64,000 nucleotides of DNA from Lama glama (GCA_028534125.1 CM052817.1:18664001-18728000); one strand, 5' to 3'. Positions 40,287-52,029 are shown, counted from the first letter of the stretch. Notes: generated by a model from the letters alone, not told the origin. A program made the numbers and translations.

Positions 40287-41324
40287 AATATTTGAGACAT
40301 TCTTTTGTTCTAAATGTTAGAAATTTCTTCGAGTTTGTTTCACTGTTACTTCCAAACCTTAGCTTATTAAGTTTTCCTTCTGTTGTGCGGTTGTCCTTTT
40401 TTTTAACCTTCCAAATGTATGCTAATCCATGAAAGGTGATAGTATTTTACCATAGCATATTCTTAACTTCCTGTACATGCCTTTGTTTATTGTGTCATAC
40501 CACCTTATTTATGCCTTTTATTGCACTAATGTGCTTTGATGATAAAAGCAAAGAAATACATGCAAAGATAATGAGCTTCTGGCAAAAGGTGAAAAATGCA
40601 CGTTATATTCTTCTGCCTACGTGACATGGTGATTGACAGCATTGTACTAATTAGATCTTATTATACGATCAGACTCTATTATTTACATCAAAACAAGATT
40701 ATATGAGACATCTAAAATTTGGCACATTTTTCCACTTATCCTGTGCTATAGGACATTTTTGCTTTAGAAATTCAGTTCCTAACATAGTCTGCAAGATGAG
40801 CAGTTTACTGATTTCAAGGAAGGCATCAGGTAACTACCTGTTAACTTAAAAGATGACCATTCACTTGGATATTTTCAAAGATATTTTCTTCCTATGCTAC
40901 GGAGCTTTTAGCTGCCAACAGTTTATCAACATGTTTTCAATGGGAAACTTATTTCACACTTTCTTATAACAACACCTCAGTAGCCCACACATCTCCAATT
41001 TGATAGGTCAGAATGTGCTGCCTGTGTGCTGCTATGATAAGGGAAAAATTCCAAAATGCCACTTTGGACTTTTTCATTCTGTTGTACCGAAGACAGCATT
41101 TTTCCCTATCATCATTTATTTGTTGTTGTAAGTCGAATTGTAGAAGAAAGTTCAGCAAGGGGAGATTCATGTCAGTTAGAGATCCTCACAGCTATCTACC
41201 TTGGCCATAGAAGTGTTTAATTAACTAAATAATGAAAATTAACATTATTAAATCCTACAGCAAAAGGCCTTTGGTTTTTAGAAAATACTGAAATTAAATT
41301 TAATGTGGTTCTTTGCTGCTGGGT

Positions 41325-41500
41325 TAGTGATAAGGAAGCTTGGGCTCTGGTCCAGGGTTCTGCTGCTCATTAGCTGTCTGATTTTCATCAAGTCATTTCA
41401 CTTCCCTAAGCTTTATTTCTTTCTTGCAAAATAGCACTACTAACCCCTGCTTTAGGCAACTCTAGACTCGTATGACTCAAAGAGATGATATTTACTTGAA
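41325..41500 (+). mobile_element. MIR SINE
   Basis: ctctggtccagggttctgctgctcattagctgtctga...caagtcatttcacttccctaagc. Confidence 0.6.
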
Positions 41501-41816
41501 AGTTAGGTAGCATATATTGTTTTAACTTCACGACATCCAAAAAGCACGTAAGTTGTAAGTTTTATCTCTTTTAATCCTTATACCAAAGCAGTAGCTGGAA
41601 AATGACAAAATTAGGATTCAAGTTTAATTGCCTATACTCTTTCCTGACTTTGTAGCATGAGTTAGAATTTAATGCCAAAAACTGAAACGAAGAAAGTGTC
41701 TCTGAGATTATCAAGGAGAAGAGAATGCTGGGAAAATGTCAACTGACTCTTCCTTTCTCAGCTCCAGTTCATCTGTCTCTTCTAAGGCAAAAGGGCTACA
41801 CACACATCTAAGCCTA

Positions 41817-41824
41817 CATATATA

Positions 41825-41859
<35 letters not shown>

Positions 41860-41975
41860 ATATGTTATGTTATATATATGTTATGTATAGTTATACATGC
41901 ACACATATGTTATATGTTACATATATGCATATATAATAAATAATGCACACACATATATGTTATTTGTGCATATTT
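41817..41975. repeat. (TA)n microsatellite and degenerate TA/CA-rich tract
   Basis: tatatatatatatatatatatata and repeated acatatgttat units. Confidence 0.9.
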
Positions 41976-41979
41976 ATTA

Positions 41980-42540
41980 TAAAACAAAAATCCAAGAGTT
42001 CATATTCATTCCTATAATTCCAACTCAAAGCCTCAGGTTTCTTTCTAGTCTTCTCTCTTTTCTCACTTCTATAATACTTCTCTAACATTGGAAATCCTGG
42101 CTCACATTATAATCAATATTTTTACTTATTATTTGATTATTTTACTTATTTGTTCCATGTTCCTAATCTCCCAGTGAATCCAGCCACCTTATTCCATGAC
42201 CTCTGCACTCATTCTAAGCTGCTGCCTAGGCTATCAGATGCCTTCCTCATAAGTACTTCTCTGTATTTACCCCCAACTTGCCTCCAGTCACCAGCCACAC
42301 TGACAGATCCTCATGGTCCACCTCCCACTGTCCCAGTCCTTTGCTGCCAGGCACACTGTTGCCTCTTCACCATTCCGTGCCCTTACCGCCCTGCTTTCTT
42401 GATCACCAAGGACACTGATTTCTCAAGAGGGCATCCCCTTCCCCATATTCTGCTTCCTCACCTGCCTGCTACCCTGATCTCCTGCCTGCCGCCCTGCTTT
42501 GCAATCTCTGGCACACAGCTCCCTCCAGGAAGGGGAGGAC
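41980..42540 (-). mobile_element. L1MC4a/L1MC5-like 3' UTR including its C-rich segment
   Basis: gaaatcctggctcacattat...atattttacttatt, then a decayed C-rich segment with cagatgccttcctca. Confidence 0.5.
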
Positions 42541-42735
42541 AGCATAGGACTAGGACAAAGGAAAGGAAGAGAGAAAGGAGCATGGAAATAAGGAGAGAAG
42601 AACGAGAGAGGGAAGGAGAGGGAAGAGGGAAGGGAAAAGGATGGGGAGAGGAGAAGCAGGAAGAGGAGACTTCAAAAGGAGGCAAAACTGTAGGGAAGGG
42701 GAGGGAAGGGAGAAAAGAAGAAAGAAAGGAAGGTA
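42541..42735. repeat. GA-rich purine tract
   Basis: gagagagggaaggagagggaagagggaagggaaaagg... Confidence 0.85.
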
Positions 42736-43698
42736 GTAGACTCTTCAAAAACAAGTAAACCAGAAGAGAAAATTGGAGATGAGGAACATAAACATTCAAG
42801 CAAAAGCTGTGCCGTAAATGGAGAAATACCTGTTTATTAATGTAAACGTTCCTATGCCTTCTCATCACACTTAGACTGTGAACAAAAGCCCTTATTTGGG
42901 CTTATGACAGTCTCCACAGAACTTATAAATTCTAATATTGCTTTAAAAAAAACTTAAAATAATACTTCAGTAGCACTTTAAAACTCTAATGTCATTTGAT
43001 TCAACTTTTGAAGAAAAAAATACTTCCAATGATTACACTTGGAATTGGTTTAAATACACAGACCACTTTGGGGAAAATGGATATTTTTCTAAGTATTTAA
43101 TTTTAAAACAGAATAACTTGATTTTGAATACTTATTATAATTCCAGTTATTTAATAACTAATTTTAGTAGTATTTTTGATACTTTTTATCTCACCTAATT
43201 GTACAAACATATCTTCATTACACTTTTTAAAAATCAAAATTAACGTATTTTAAATTACTTGTGTTTAATTTATATTTGTTAAAGACTGGTTGGATTCATC
43301 TAGCCTAAATTTTCATGTAAAATTACATAAACTAAAAAAAGGAAAAAATTATAAATTCTGGTTATATAGTATAACATATGCTATAAAACATAATGTAGTA
43401 GAGTGTATTTTATAGTGTGTATGTTAAAACATCTTTTGCATGCTACCTGAGACTTTTTTATTTCAGAAGAGTAATTTAGAATCATAAAAGGGACAGGAAG
43501 GACATTAAAAGCTTTCTATGACAATTATGTCGTAAATAAGGCCTAGAAAATTGTGCTAGGGACTAAGGTGACCTAGAATACAAGTCTCCTGATTTGAATT
43601 TCGGCTCTTAGTTCCCTGCGACAGCTCATTCTAACTTGTAGTGAGATCACTATTTGACCATTGGAAAATCTAAAGTGGAATTTATGTATATAACTTAC

Positions 43699-43783
43699 AT
43701 TTCTCTACAGACATAGACCCACCAGGGTCACCCGTAGCAGCACCAGCCACTCTGATGCATATGTATAACCATGGGCGCGAAAG
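43699..43783 (-). other. Candidate 85-nt exon
   Basis: Acceptor tcttgttttacatttttttcag|C and donor AAT|gtaagt; only one open frame (LSRPWLYICIRVAGAATGDPGGSMSVEK); retains CpGs. Confidence 0.35.
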
Positions 43784-44009
43784 CTGAAAAAAATGTAAAA
43801 CAAGAGACACAAGCCGCCTGAGAGTCAGATGACTCACTGCCTGACTATAGAGTTTCCCCACCTACAGTCAACCCACGAGTACCTATGATGTGCCTGATGT
43901 TTACCATTGTTTGTGCAGGTGTCGAGGAAGCAGGATGGGTCCGACTTGTCCTCTCTCACTAGTATTTCAGTGTATCTCTAAAACTACCAAAAGTAATAGA
44001 GAAGCAGTT

Positions 44010-44495
44010 GGTGTATGATTAGATGCTTGGATTTTATTTCTAAAGACTTTGCTTTCTGTTTTTGCTGCTGTCACCTCTGGCCAAATACTAATGGTAAAAT
44101 CATTCAAATTCTTCAAGTCCCAGCTCTGTCATCTTCAAAATAAGATCAATAATATTCACACTGACAACTCACAGTATATTAATGAGAATAAAATAAGCAA
44201 TGTGTGTAATCATGAGAGAAAATTAAGATCATATTACAAGATGATTTCACATAGTTTCAGGTTTTAAATTTCATTTTCGGAGGGTAACAGTTTAGCTTAC
44301 AGAGCACTTTGGATTTTGCAGACAACTTCAGCATAGCTCATCTCATTTAATATTCCAAAAAACTTTTCTAATAAAATAGGTGTCATATTTTCTAAAATAT
44401 TTTGTCTGGAACATCCAAAGATTAAATATGTAGTCAACAAGAGAAGTGATCAAGACCCAGGTTTTCTTGCTCCAAACCCACTGCTCTTTTATGCT
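44010..44495. mobile_element. Two MIR fragments (+ then -)
   Basis: cagctctgtcatcttcaaaataagat; tctcatttaatattcc...caagacccaggttttcttgctccaaa. Confidence 0.55.
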
Positions 44496-45019
44496 GTTCT
44501 ATTAAGAGAATCATTATTTCATAGTGTAGATCTTAATGCCATTAGAAATAAAAAGTCACTTAACCTAACAATAGTGATTTTCTTTATTCCTCCAGGGAAA
44601 ACTGATTACTCTGTAAGTACACAATTATGTAATGTTAATCACCCCAAAGTACTTATAGCAATTTCTAAAATGGTTAATTCATTGGCATTTTCACATCCTC
44701 AAATACAAAAATGTAATAGCTTAATAATTCAGAATAATCTATCCTACACTGCTCTATTTCTAATAACCCTCTGAATGTGCTTTCTGTTTGCAAATTCATG
44801 TTCCAATTCATCTCTCCAAACTCCCTTCTGAAGCTTTGAGTTGGGTGCTTATCTGTCTGATTCTGCAATGTTCCTTATTCTTTGAAGAGAGGAAGCATGT
44901 CTTATTAATGGAGTTGAGAGCAGTGAGTTCTGCCTGTTCTCTTATTTGTAAACACTCTTTAAGTTTTGCACCTAGGGTAATGTTTGCACATAATGAAAAA
45001 AAGCTACCATCATTGAACA

Positions 45020-45225
45020 ATCATATGTGTAAAGATGTATTTCATAAATGAACTCACTTAATCCTCATTAAAAACCCTGTGAGGGAGAGACTATTGTTAT
45101 TATTCCCATTGTTTAGATAAGAACACTGAGGCTCAGAAAGTTTAAATAGTATCCCCATGTTCAAACTGCTTGTAAGCTTACAACAGGATTTTAACCCAGG
45201 CCGTCTAAATCCAAACCTTTTCTTT
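45020..45225 (-). mobile_element. MIR SINE
   Basis: aactcacttaatcctca...attattcccattgtttagataagaacactgaggctcagaaag...ttttaacccaggccgtct. Confidence 0.85.
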
Positions 45226-45891
45226 CAGTTGCTGTGTAACATTATTTCTTATAACAGGCAGTTATTACTTATTTTTCAGGGAGAAGAAATAGTGTTTAAA
45301 ATTGAAAGTGCTTGAACCAAAGCCATGCCTGATTGGTTGCTTTCTGCATTTGTTTGTTCTAAAAACTCAATTAAAGAAAAAACTGAGAGCTAAAATTAAT
45401 AGGAAATTTGGATACTTTGTATCAGATCCAACACATTGCACCTTATGAATTGATGAAGCACATTTCTAACCTAATGCGGTAAGAAAAGTGCCTGTATCAC
45501 ATTTTGAAGTCCTCCAGATCCTCCATAGATGCCGTTTATTACCTTAAGTAAAGAATACAACATCAGAGCCCACACCACATCTCCTGAAAGGAGATTGTTA
45601 TCGTTTGCATTTATTTTTGTTCTCTTTGTAAGGTGCTTATCCATCCTTCTGAGGACAGATGTGTTAAAAGGACTTTGAATAACTGCCTTCAGTTATAATA
45701 CTGTTCCCCTGAGCTTCCTTCAACACAGTTCACACCCTGGTCTCAGAATTCAGAAGAATTTACGTCACTGCTGGTTGTGGGATTCTGACAAAGCGCTCAG
45801 GTACACAAATGGGAAGTGATGCCCGACCCGAGTGTTCCAACAGAAGAAGCAAAGAGTTGAAATCTGCCTGTTTCTGCAGGGCATATCTCAC

Positions 45892-46049
45892 CTTGCATTT
45901 TGGGGGCCTCTGGTTTGCTCTGGGTTGTTCTTTTGACTCTCTTTTTCCTTCAGCACAGTTGGGGTTTAAGAATGAATCAGGGTCTTTCTCCTCCTCCAGG
46001 GTATGTACCCTTCCTCCAGAAATTCTGGTTAAGTTGGCTGGGCATGAGG
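45892..46049 (-). other. Candidate 158-nt exon
   Basis: Acceptor tttccttctgtttcttcag|C and donor AAG|gtgaga; purine-rich; only one open frame (SCPANLTR...RPPKCK). Confidence 0.35.
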
Positions 46050-46794
46050 CTGAAGAAACAGAAGGAAACACCTGATGCGCTCCCCCTTTGTATAGTCAAA
46101 AAGACTTGGCACTAGTGTCCAGCTTTCTGGCTCTCCTTTTCTTCTTTGTGCTTCTGGGAAGGTCAAGGCTCAGAAAAATCATTGTTCAGTCCAAGCTCTA
46201 GTACTTGCTATTTTAACACCATGGGGAAATTACTTTTAAAAAGGTATTATGAAATCCACATTCTTTGAAATTTCTACAGGTAGCCAACTATTGGGAATGG
46301 TCTGTTCTTGACAGTGCACAGTTGATTATGATAACCTATGTCAACACCTTCCAAGTTTGTGATAGACAGAATCCTGTTGTTAATTTTCTTAGATTCACCC
46401 TCCGATGATTCTACATAGCAAAACCACTCTTTCCATAAGAAAAAGTACATATATATAAAATACACTGAAGTGAAAGAGCATGATGGAGTATAGATTAAAT
46501 CTCAACTTACTGGCCATGTCACTTTCAGGCAAATGATACCATCTCCCTCCTCCGCTTTTTACATAAATTAAATCACAGTTTTTGAGTTCTCCAGCCGTGC
46601 TCCTGTTCTTTTTCTAAATCAGGAATTACTTACACTTGCACATTATTGGCAAATAGTGCAATCTGTGTCATGCCTGTAATTTATGATGGTGCAATTGCAT
46701 GAAATGTCTTTATGTGCTGATTTAACAATCATAATTTAAGTTTGGAGCTTGGCTTTTAATGCTTTTCATTATGGTTTCATACAAAAAAATTTAC

Positions 46795-47038
46795 CTCTAT
46801 GTTGTTCAACTTTTTCAATTAGTCCTGCCGTTTGCTCACATGTCACTCCCTCTGGCAAGATTGTTTCTATTATCAAGGAGACTTTACGGGCAGCCCACAA
46901 ATCATGATGTGGTTTGGCACAAACTCTTAGGTTAATGAGATAAATCTGATTTCCCTTGGTCTTCCTGTATCTAAACTGTCTTTTCGGAGAGTCATATTTG
47001 TGAAAATGATTTGGCTCAGAAAATCTGTTTAAAAACAT
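46795..47038 (-). other. Speculative upstream exon
   Basis: ATG at 47038 (weak Kozak), or acceptor tttttaaacag| near 47024; open to donor GAG|gtaaat in phase 1. Confidence 0.15.
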
Positions 47039-47229
47039 GAAAGTAACATGTCCCTTAGGTGAGAATGATTAGGAATATAGGGATCACACAATTAAGTTTA
47101 ATTGGATTAAGTGGAGCCGACTGACTTTCATAATTAATTTAGTCTCATGATTGGTCTTTCGGGGGACTATCCCAGATGAAAAAGATGATTGTGGTGAAAG
47201 AGCATGAAATACTTCAAGATACAAACCAA

Positions 47230-49902
47230 GCCACAGATGATCCAGGCATCAGAAATAATAAGTGATGACAGCAAGGACACAGGCTACAAGATCGGGGTGC
47301 AGATGTGGGTTGTTTTCTTATGTACTAGCAACGAACAATTAGAACTTGAAATTTACAACTCTAGAGGCATGTACACTAGCACCAAAAAAATGAAATCCTT
47401 AGGCATAAACCTAAAAAATATTTATAAGACATATCCATAGAAAATCACAAAACTCTGATTAAAGAAATCAAAGGACAAAATAAATTAAGAGATATTTTGT
47501 ATTCATGGATTGGAAGACTCAATATTCCTGATGTGTCGTTTTTTCCCAAATTGACTCTAGATTCAATGCAAATCCAAAATCAAAATCAACTTGTGGATGT
47601 GAAAAGACATTTCTAAAGTTACATGGAGAAGCAAAAAGGACTCAGAATAGCCAGTACTATATTGAAGAAGAAAAACCAAGCTGGAGGACTGACACTATCT
47701 CACACCAAAACTTAATATAAAGCTACGGTAACCAGGGCAGCATAGTATTGGCAAAAGATTAGACTTATAGGTCAATGGAACAGAAAAGACAGCCCAGAAA
47801 TAGACCCACACAAATATAGTCAACTGATTTTTGGAAAAGGAGCAAAGGCAATTCAGTGGAGATAGGATCTGGCGCCCAAACAACTGGATACTGATATGCC
47901 AAAAAAAAGAATCTAGACAAAGATGTTACAATTGTCACAAAAGTTAACTCAAAATGAATCATAGACTTAAATGTAAAATGCAGCAACGCTGTAAGACTTT
48001 TAGAAAATAGCATAGTAGAAAATTTCGGTGACCTTGGATTTAGCATTGACTTTTTAGATACAACACCAAAAACATAATCTGTAAAAGAAAAAAATAAGTT
48101 GGACATAATTGAAATTAAAATCTTCTGTTCTGCTAAAGACACTGTTAAGAAAATGAAAAGACAAGCTACAGACTAGAGAAGATATTTGCAAAACACGTAT
48201 CTGACAAAGAACATATATCCGTAATATACCAAGGGCTCTTTAAACAATAAGAAAACAAACAGCCTACTTGAAAAGTGGCAAAGCTCTGAATAAACACCTC
48301 CCAAAGAAGATACGCAGAAGATAAGCAAGCATATAAAAGGATGCTCAATGCCATTGTCATTAGTGACTTGTAAACTAAAATAACAATGAGTTACTATTAC
48401 ACAGCTACTGTAATGGCAAAAATCCAGAAAACACCCAATACCAGGGTGAGGACGTGGAGCTGCAAGAGCTCTCATTCACTGCTACAGGAATGCAAAATGG
48501 TACCCACCGCCACTTTGGAAAACAGTTTGAAAGTTTTGTAAAAAAGTGAAATACAGTCCTTCCATACAGTCCAGCAATTACTTTTAACTGTTTGGCTAAT
48601 TCAACTGAAACTTTATATCCACACAAAAAATGTATAGCACATCAAAGTTTATAGCAGCTTCTTGGTATTTCCCCAAACTGGAAGCAACCAAGATGTCTTT
48701 CAATAAGTGAATGGATAAACAAACTGTGGTAGATCCATGCAATAGACAATTATTCAGTGATTAAAAAAAAATAAAGAGCTATCAATCCATGAAAAAACAT
48801 AGAGGAAACTTAAAGGCGTGTTGCTAAGTGAAGGAAGCCTGCCAATCTAAAAAGTCTGCATTACTATAGTATTCCAGCTGTATGGCTTTCTGGAAACGGC
48901 AGAACTGTAGATAGTGAGACTGTCATGGTTGCTGGTTGGTTGAGGGGAAGAGGAAAGGGATGGATATGTGAAGCACATGGAATTTTTAGGACAAACTATT
49001 CTGTTTGAAGCTGTAATAAGGGATTCATGACATGAATTTGTCAAGTCCCACGGAGCTTTACATCACAAAATCAAACTTTAATGCATGCAAATTAAAAAGA
49101 AATTATTTAGGAGAGCAGGCATCCCAGGAAAGAATGAGACACTATAATAAGAGAATCTAAACATATTTAAAATACACCAAAAAACCCATTGAGGAAGGTA
49201 GGGAATAAAGTGTGACCCAAGTAACTTAGGAAATGGAGGAGGTCTGTAAGATAAAAACAAAAGGGGCTGCGTGTAACCACTCTAACCTAGCTGATAAAAT
49301 TATTTCCCAGGGTATATGGGTTAATGGTTCTGATCCTGTTACATGTGTATAGTGGAAGTAAACAAGTAAATGAATGGCAAATGGCAGAAGTCAGGTTTTC
49401 TTCTTTTGGTGTGGAAAGTTGCAGATCAAGAAGAGGTAGGCTAGAATAATCCAGGTGATAATGGAATAAAGTTGGAGACTCCAGTAAGAACTCACGTGCA
49501 ACTTTATATAAATACAAATGTCGTGGTATTTGTAGATCCGAATATATACAGAGGTTAGTATACCAACATATACATCTTTGCTGTGCCATCTGAGAGGGCC
49601 TAAAAATGACACATCAGTAGCAAAGAGGACACCTAGCACTCAGACCTTGATTTCTCATACCATTCCCCAATAAAAGGAACCAGGACTCCCCTGAGAAATG
49701 GCTGATTCTAGAATTGGGGCAGAAAATATATAAGATAAAGCTAGAGTATCGTGTAGAGTTTCTCCAAACTCCAGATGGAGTTCACTCCATCTTGTAGTGC
49801 CAGAAATAAAGCATTTCTAAGCAAATAAGACAAAAAAAAAAAAAAACAACAGCAGGAATTATGGGGTTATGTTAAAAGGGAACATAAGCCAACTGGAAGA
49901 GT
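47230..49902 (+). mobile_element. L1MD/L1MC-like ORF2 3' half and 3' UTR (disrupted)
   Basis: tattcatggattggaagactcaatatt, gctggaggactgacactat, gagctctcattcactgct, ccattccccaataaaaggaaccaggactcc. Confidence 0.9.
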
Positions 49903-50080
49903 TCTGTTTTGCATTGAATTACATCTCCCCAAAATTCATTGTATTGAAGTCCTAACACTTAATACCTCAAAATGTGACCTTATTTGGAGATAAGGTTGTT
50001 GAAGATGTAATTAGTTAAGTCATACAGGAGTAGAGTAGGCCCCTAATTCAATATGACTGTTGTCCTTATTAAAAGGAGAC
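49903..50080 (+). mobile_element. MLT1B/C LTR, 5' part only
   Basis: ccaaaattcattgtattgaagtcctaac...aatgtgaccttatttggagataagg...caatatgactgttgtccttat. Confidence 0.85.
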
Positions 50081-50960
50081 TGTAAGGAAGCAAAAACATG
50101 CTACCTTAAAGATCAGGTAATTTTGTTGCATTTTAGTTGGCCTAATGGCCAGACTGAAGAAGCTACTACTGTTTTTTCACCAATAATTCATACTTTCTGG
50201 AAAGAAGATTAAATTGGCTCACAAGTAAGACAGGAAGGAAGGGGGCAGGGCACAACCATTGAAAGAATGACACAGCAGTTGAGGACAGGACAAACTGGTT
50301 AGAACCATGATGGAGGAAGATCTGACTTCCCGTAGACCTTGAGCCTCCTGGCACACCCATAGGTGCCATGACTGTTCCTAGGCTGACCATAAAAGGTCAA
50401 AAGTGGACAGGGCCCAATTCCCAGAAATCCCTGCCCCTTTCCCAAAATAGTTGGTATAAGTCTCCTACTTGTTAGCATATGAAATTACTCAGCTCATAAA
50501 AACTAACAACCCTACATCTCGTAGTTACTCTCTCTCTTGCCTTCTGAGACGGCCTGCACTCTGTCTATGGAGTGTGAAGCTACTTTTACTTTAAACTAAA
50601 CACTCCCTAACCTCTCAGAGCTTGCCTCTCCTTCTCACCTTTTGAGATGGCCCGCATTCTGTCAATGCATATTTATCTCCTAAGCCACTCTCCCTTCTGA
50701 GTGAGACGGACTGCACTCTGTATGGAGTCTGTATCTCTCTAAATAAATTTGCTTTCGCTTTACTATGCCTTGCTCTTGGATTCTTTCCTGGGCAAGGCAA
50801 AAATCTATTCTCTGGCAACACAAGGAGCATTCCTATTGTATAGAATTTCAACCAAGCTAGGTTAAAGTGGCTTAATTGCTCACATCACCTGCATGGATCC
50901 TCAGTTGAATAAGCTGTGGCAAAAAATATATGTTTTATTTTGCAGTTTGCAACCTAAAGC
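50081..50960 (+). mobile_element. Probable older LTR (MER34/MER90-like) split by the MER41-like LTR
   Basis: Starts tgtaaggaagcaaaaacatgctacc; similar sequence resumes after the TSD at 50821; family and 3' end uncertain. Confidence 0.4.
50226..50820 (+). mobile_element. ERV1 solo LTR, MER41-like (copy B)
   Basis: TA(TG)...CA termini, perfect 4-bp TSD CAAG (50222-50225 / 50821-50824), ggcccaattcccagaaatccctgcccc core, AATAAA near 50742. Confidence 0.9.
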
Positions 50961-51670
50961 CTGGCAATTTTTGCAGGGAAGAAAGCATTTGATCCACTTT
51001 CTTGAGGTTTCTGAAGGATTCTGAGACTCTTCCTGATCCAATCAACACTACAAGCCAAAGAAACAGTCATTTTCATTCCTATTCAAAGCTTTTTTATGAC
51101 TGAAAATATTATTGCTCAGTTTCATCACTATCTTTGTCAATTTAGCTCAACAAACATGTTTTATGGAGTCTTGTACATTAATCAATGCTCTTGGTCTTGT
51201 GGGAAATCAGAAACCTGCTTGAGAGGCATAAAGCTTGTAAAAAATAACTATTACACGAAACAGCATATGAAAATTCTCTAGAAAGAAGTATAGGCTTTGA
51301 AAATAGAGTGTAAACTCTCATAGGATCATAGAGATATAAGGTCCTTGTGTAAATTGAGTGGGATTTCTTGGAGTATAAGGTTTTAGTTGAGTGTAAAACC
51401 TGAACTTATTTTATTGTGACAAGCCTACCAGAAATTAACATTAAATGATTATCTCTTGAGAATGAGTTTATGCTTCCAAGATAATCTAGAGCAGCATCTT
51501 TTTCTCAGGGAAATGCAAGAATGTCCTTTTTTCTTGTTACTTAGATGCTCTTTCTAGCAGGTAACGTCCACTGATTCCTGATGCTGCTTCTATTCTGCTA
51601 AAGTTAACCTTATCTCTGCTTTTGTTATGTGTCTTAGAAAACTGGTGAAAACATCTCTCTCTCTCTTTTT

Positions 51671-51787
51671 GTCAGGGGAAGATAATTAGGTTTATTTATT
51701 TATTTTTAGAGGAGGTACTGGAGATTGAACCCAGAACCTCGTGCATGCTAAGCATGCACTCTCTGCTTGAGCTATATCCTCCCTCCC
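51671..51787 (-). mobile_element. Camelid tRNA-Ala-derived SINE (Vic-1 type)
   Basis: Minus strand gggagggaggatatagctcaagcagagagtgcatgcttagcatgcacgaggttctgggttcaatctccag with A/B-box-like motifs and AGC anticodon arm; (AAAT)n tail; 12-bp TSD ctctctcttttt (51659-51670 / 51788-51799). Confidence 0.9.
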
Positions 51788-52029
51788 CTCTCTCTTTTTT
51801 AAACTCTTAAAATAGGTGCACTAAAGAGTTACGAAAATAATGTCAGAAAAATTTCAGAGAATTAAATTCACCTGCTAGGCATTGAGAGACTATATGAATA
51901 TCATAAGGTAAAAGCCAGTATCAGGCGGAAGTCTAGCTAGAAATAACTACACTTCACATATATTTGAGGGTGATTGTAGGTATCCATCGAGAGAGTATTG
52001 ATACACCTACTGATGCAGTATATGTTAGT

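Noticed and set aside
40964..41210. Overlapping 65-68 aa ORFs in unique sequence
   Set aside because: No convincing splice sites or recognisable domain.
42150..42868. Longest ORFs (202 aa plus, 136 aa minus)
   Set aside because: Span a C-rich L1MC segment and a GA tract; low complexity suppresses stop codons.
47204..49639. Cluster of 60-125 aa ORFs
   Set aside because: Frames of a decayed L1MD/MC element.
38038..50820. LTR pair as one provirus
   Set aside because: Opposite orientation, separate TSDs, and no gag/pol/env-like sequence seen between them.
51710..51787. tRNA-Ala gene
   Set aside because: Has a SINE tail and TSD, and the acceptor stem is degenerate.
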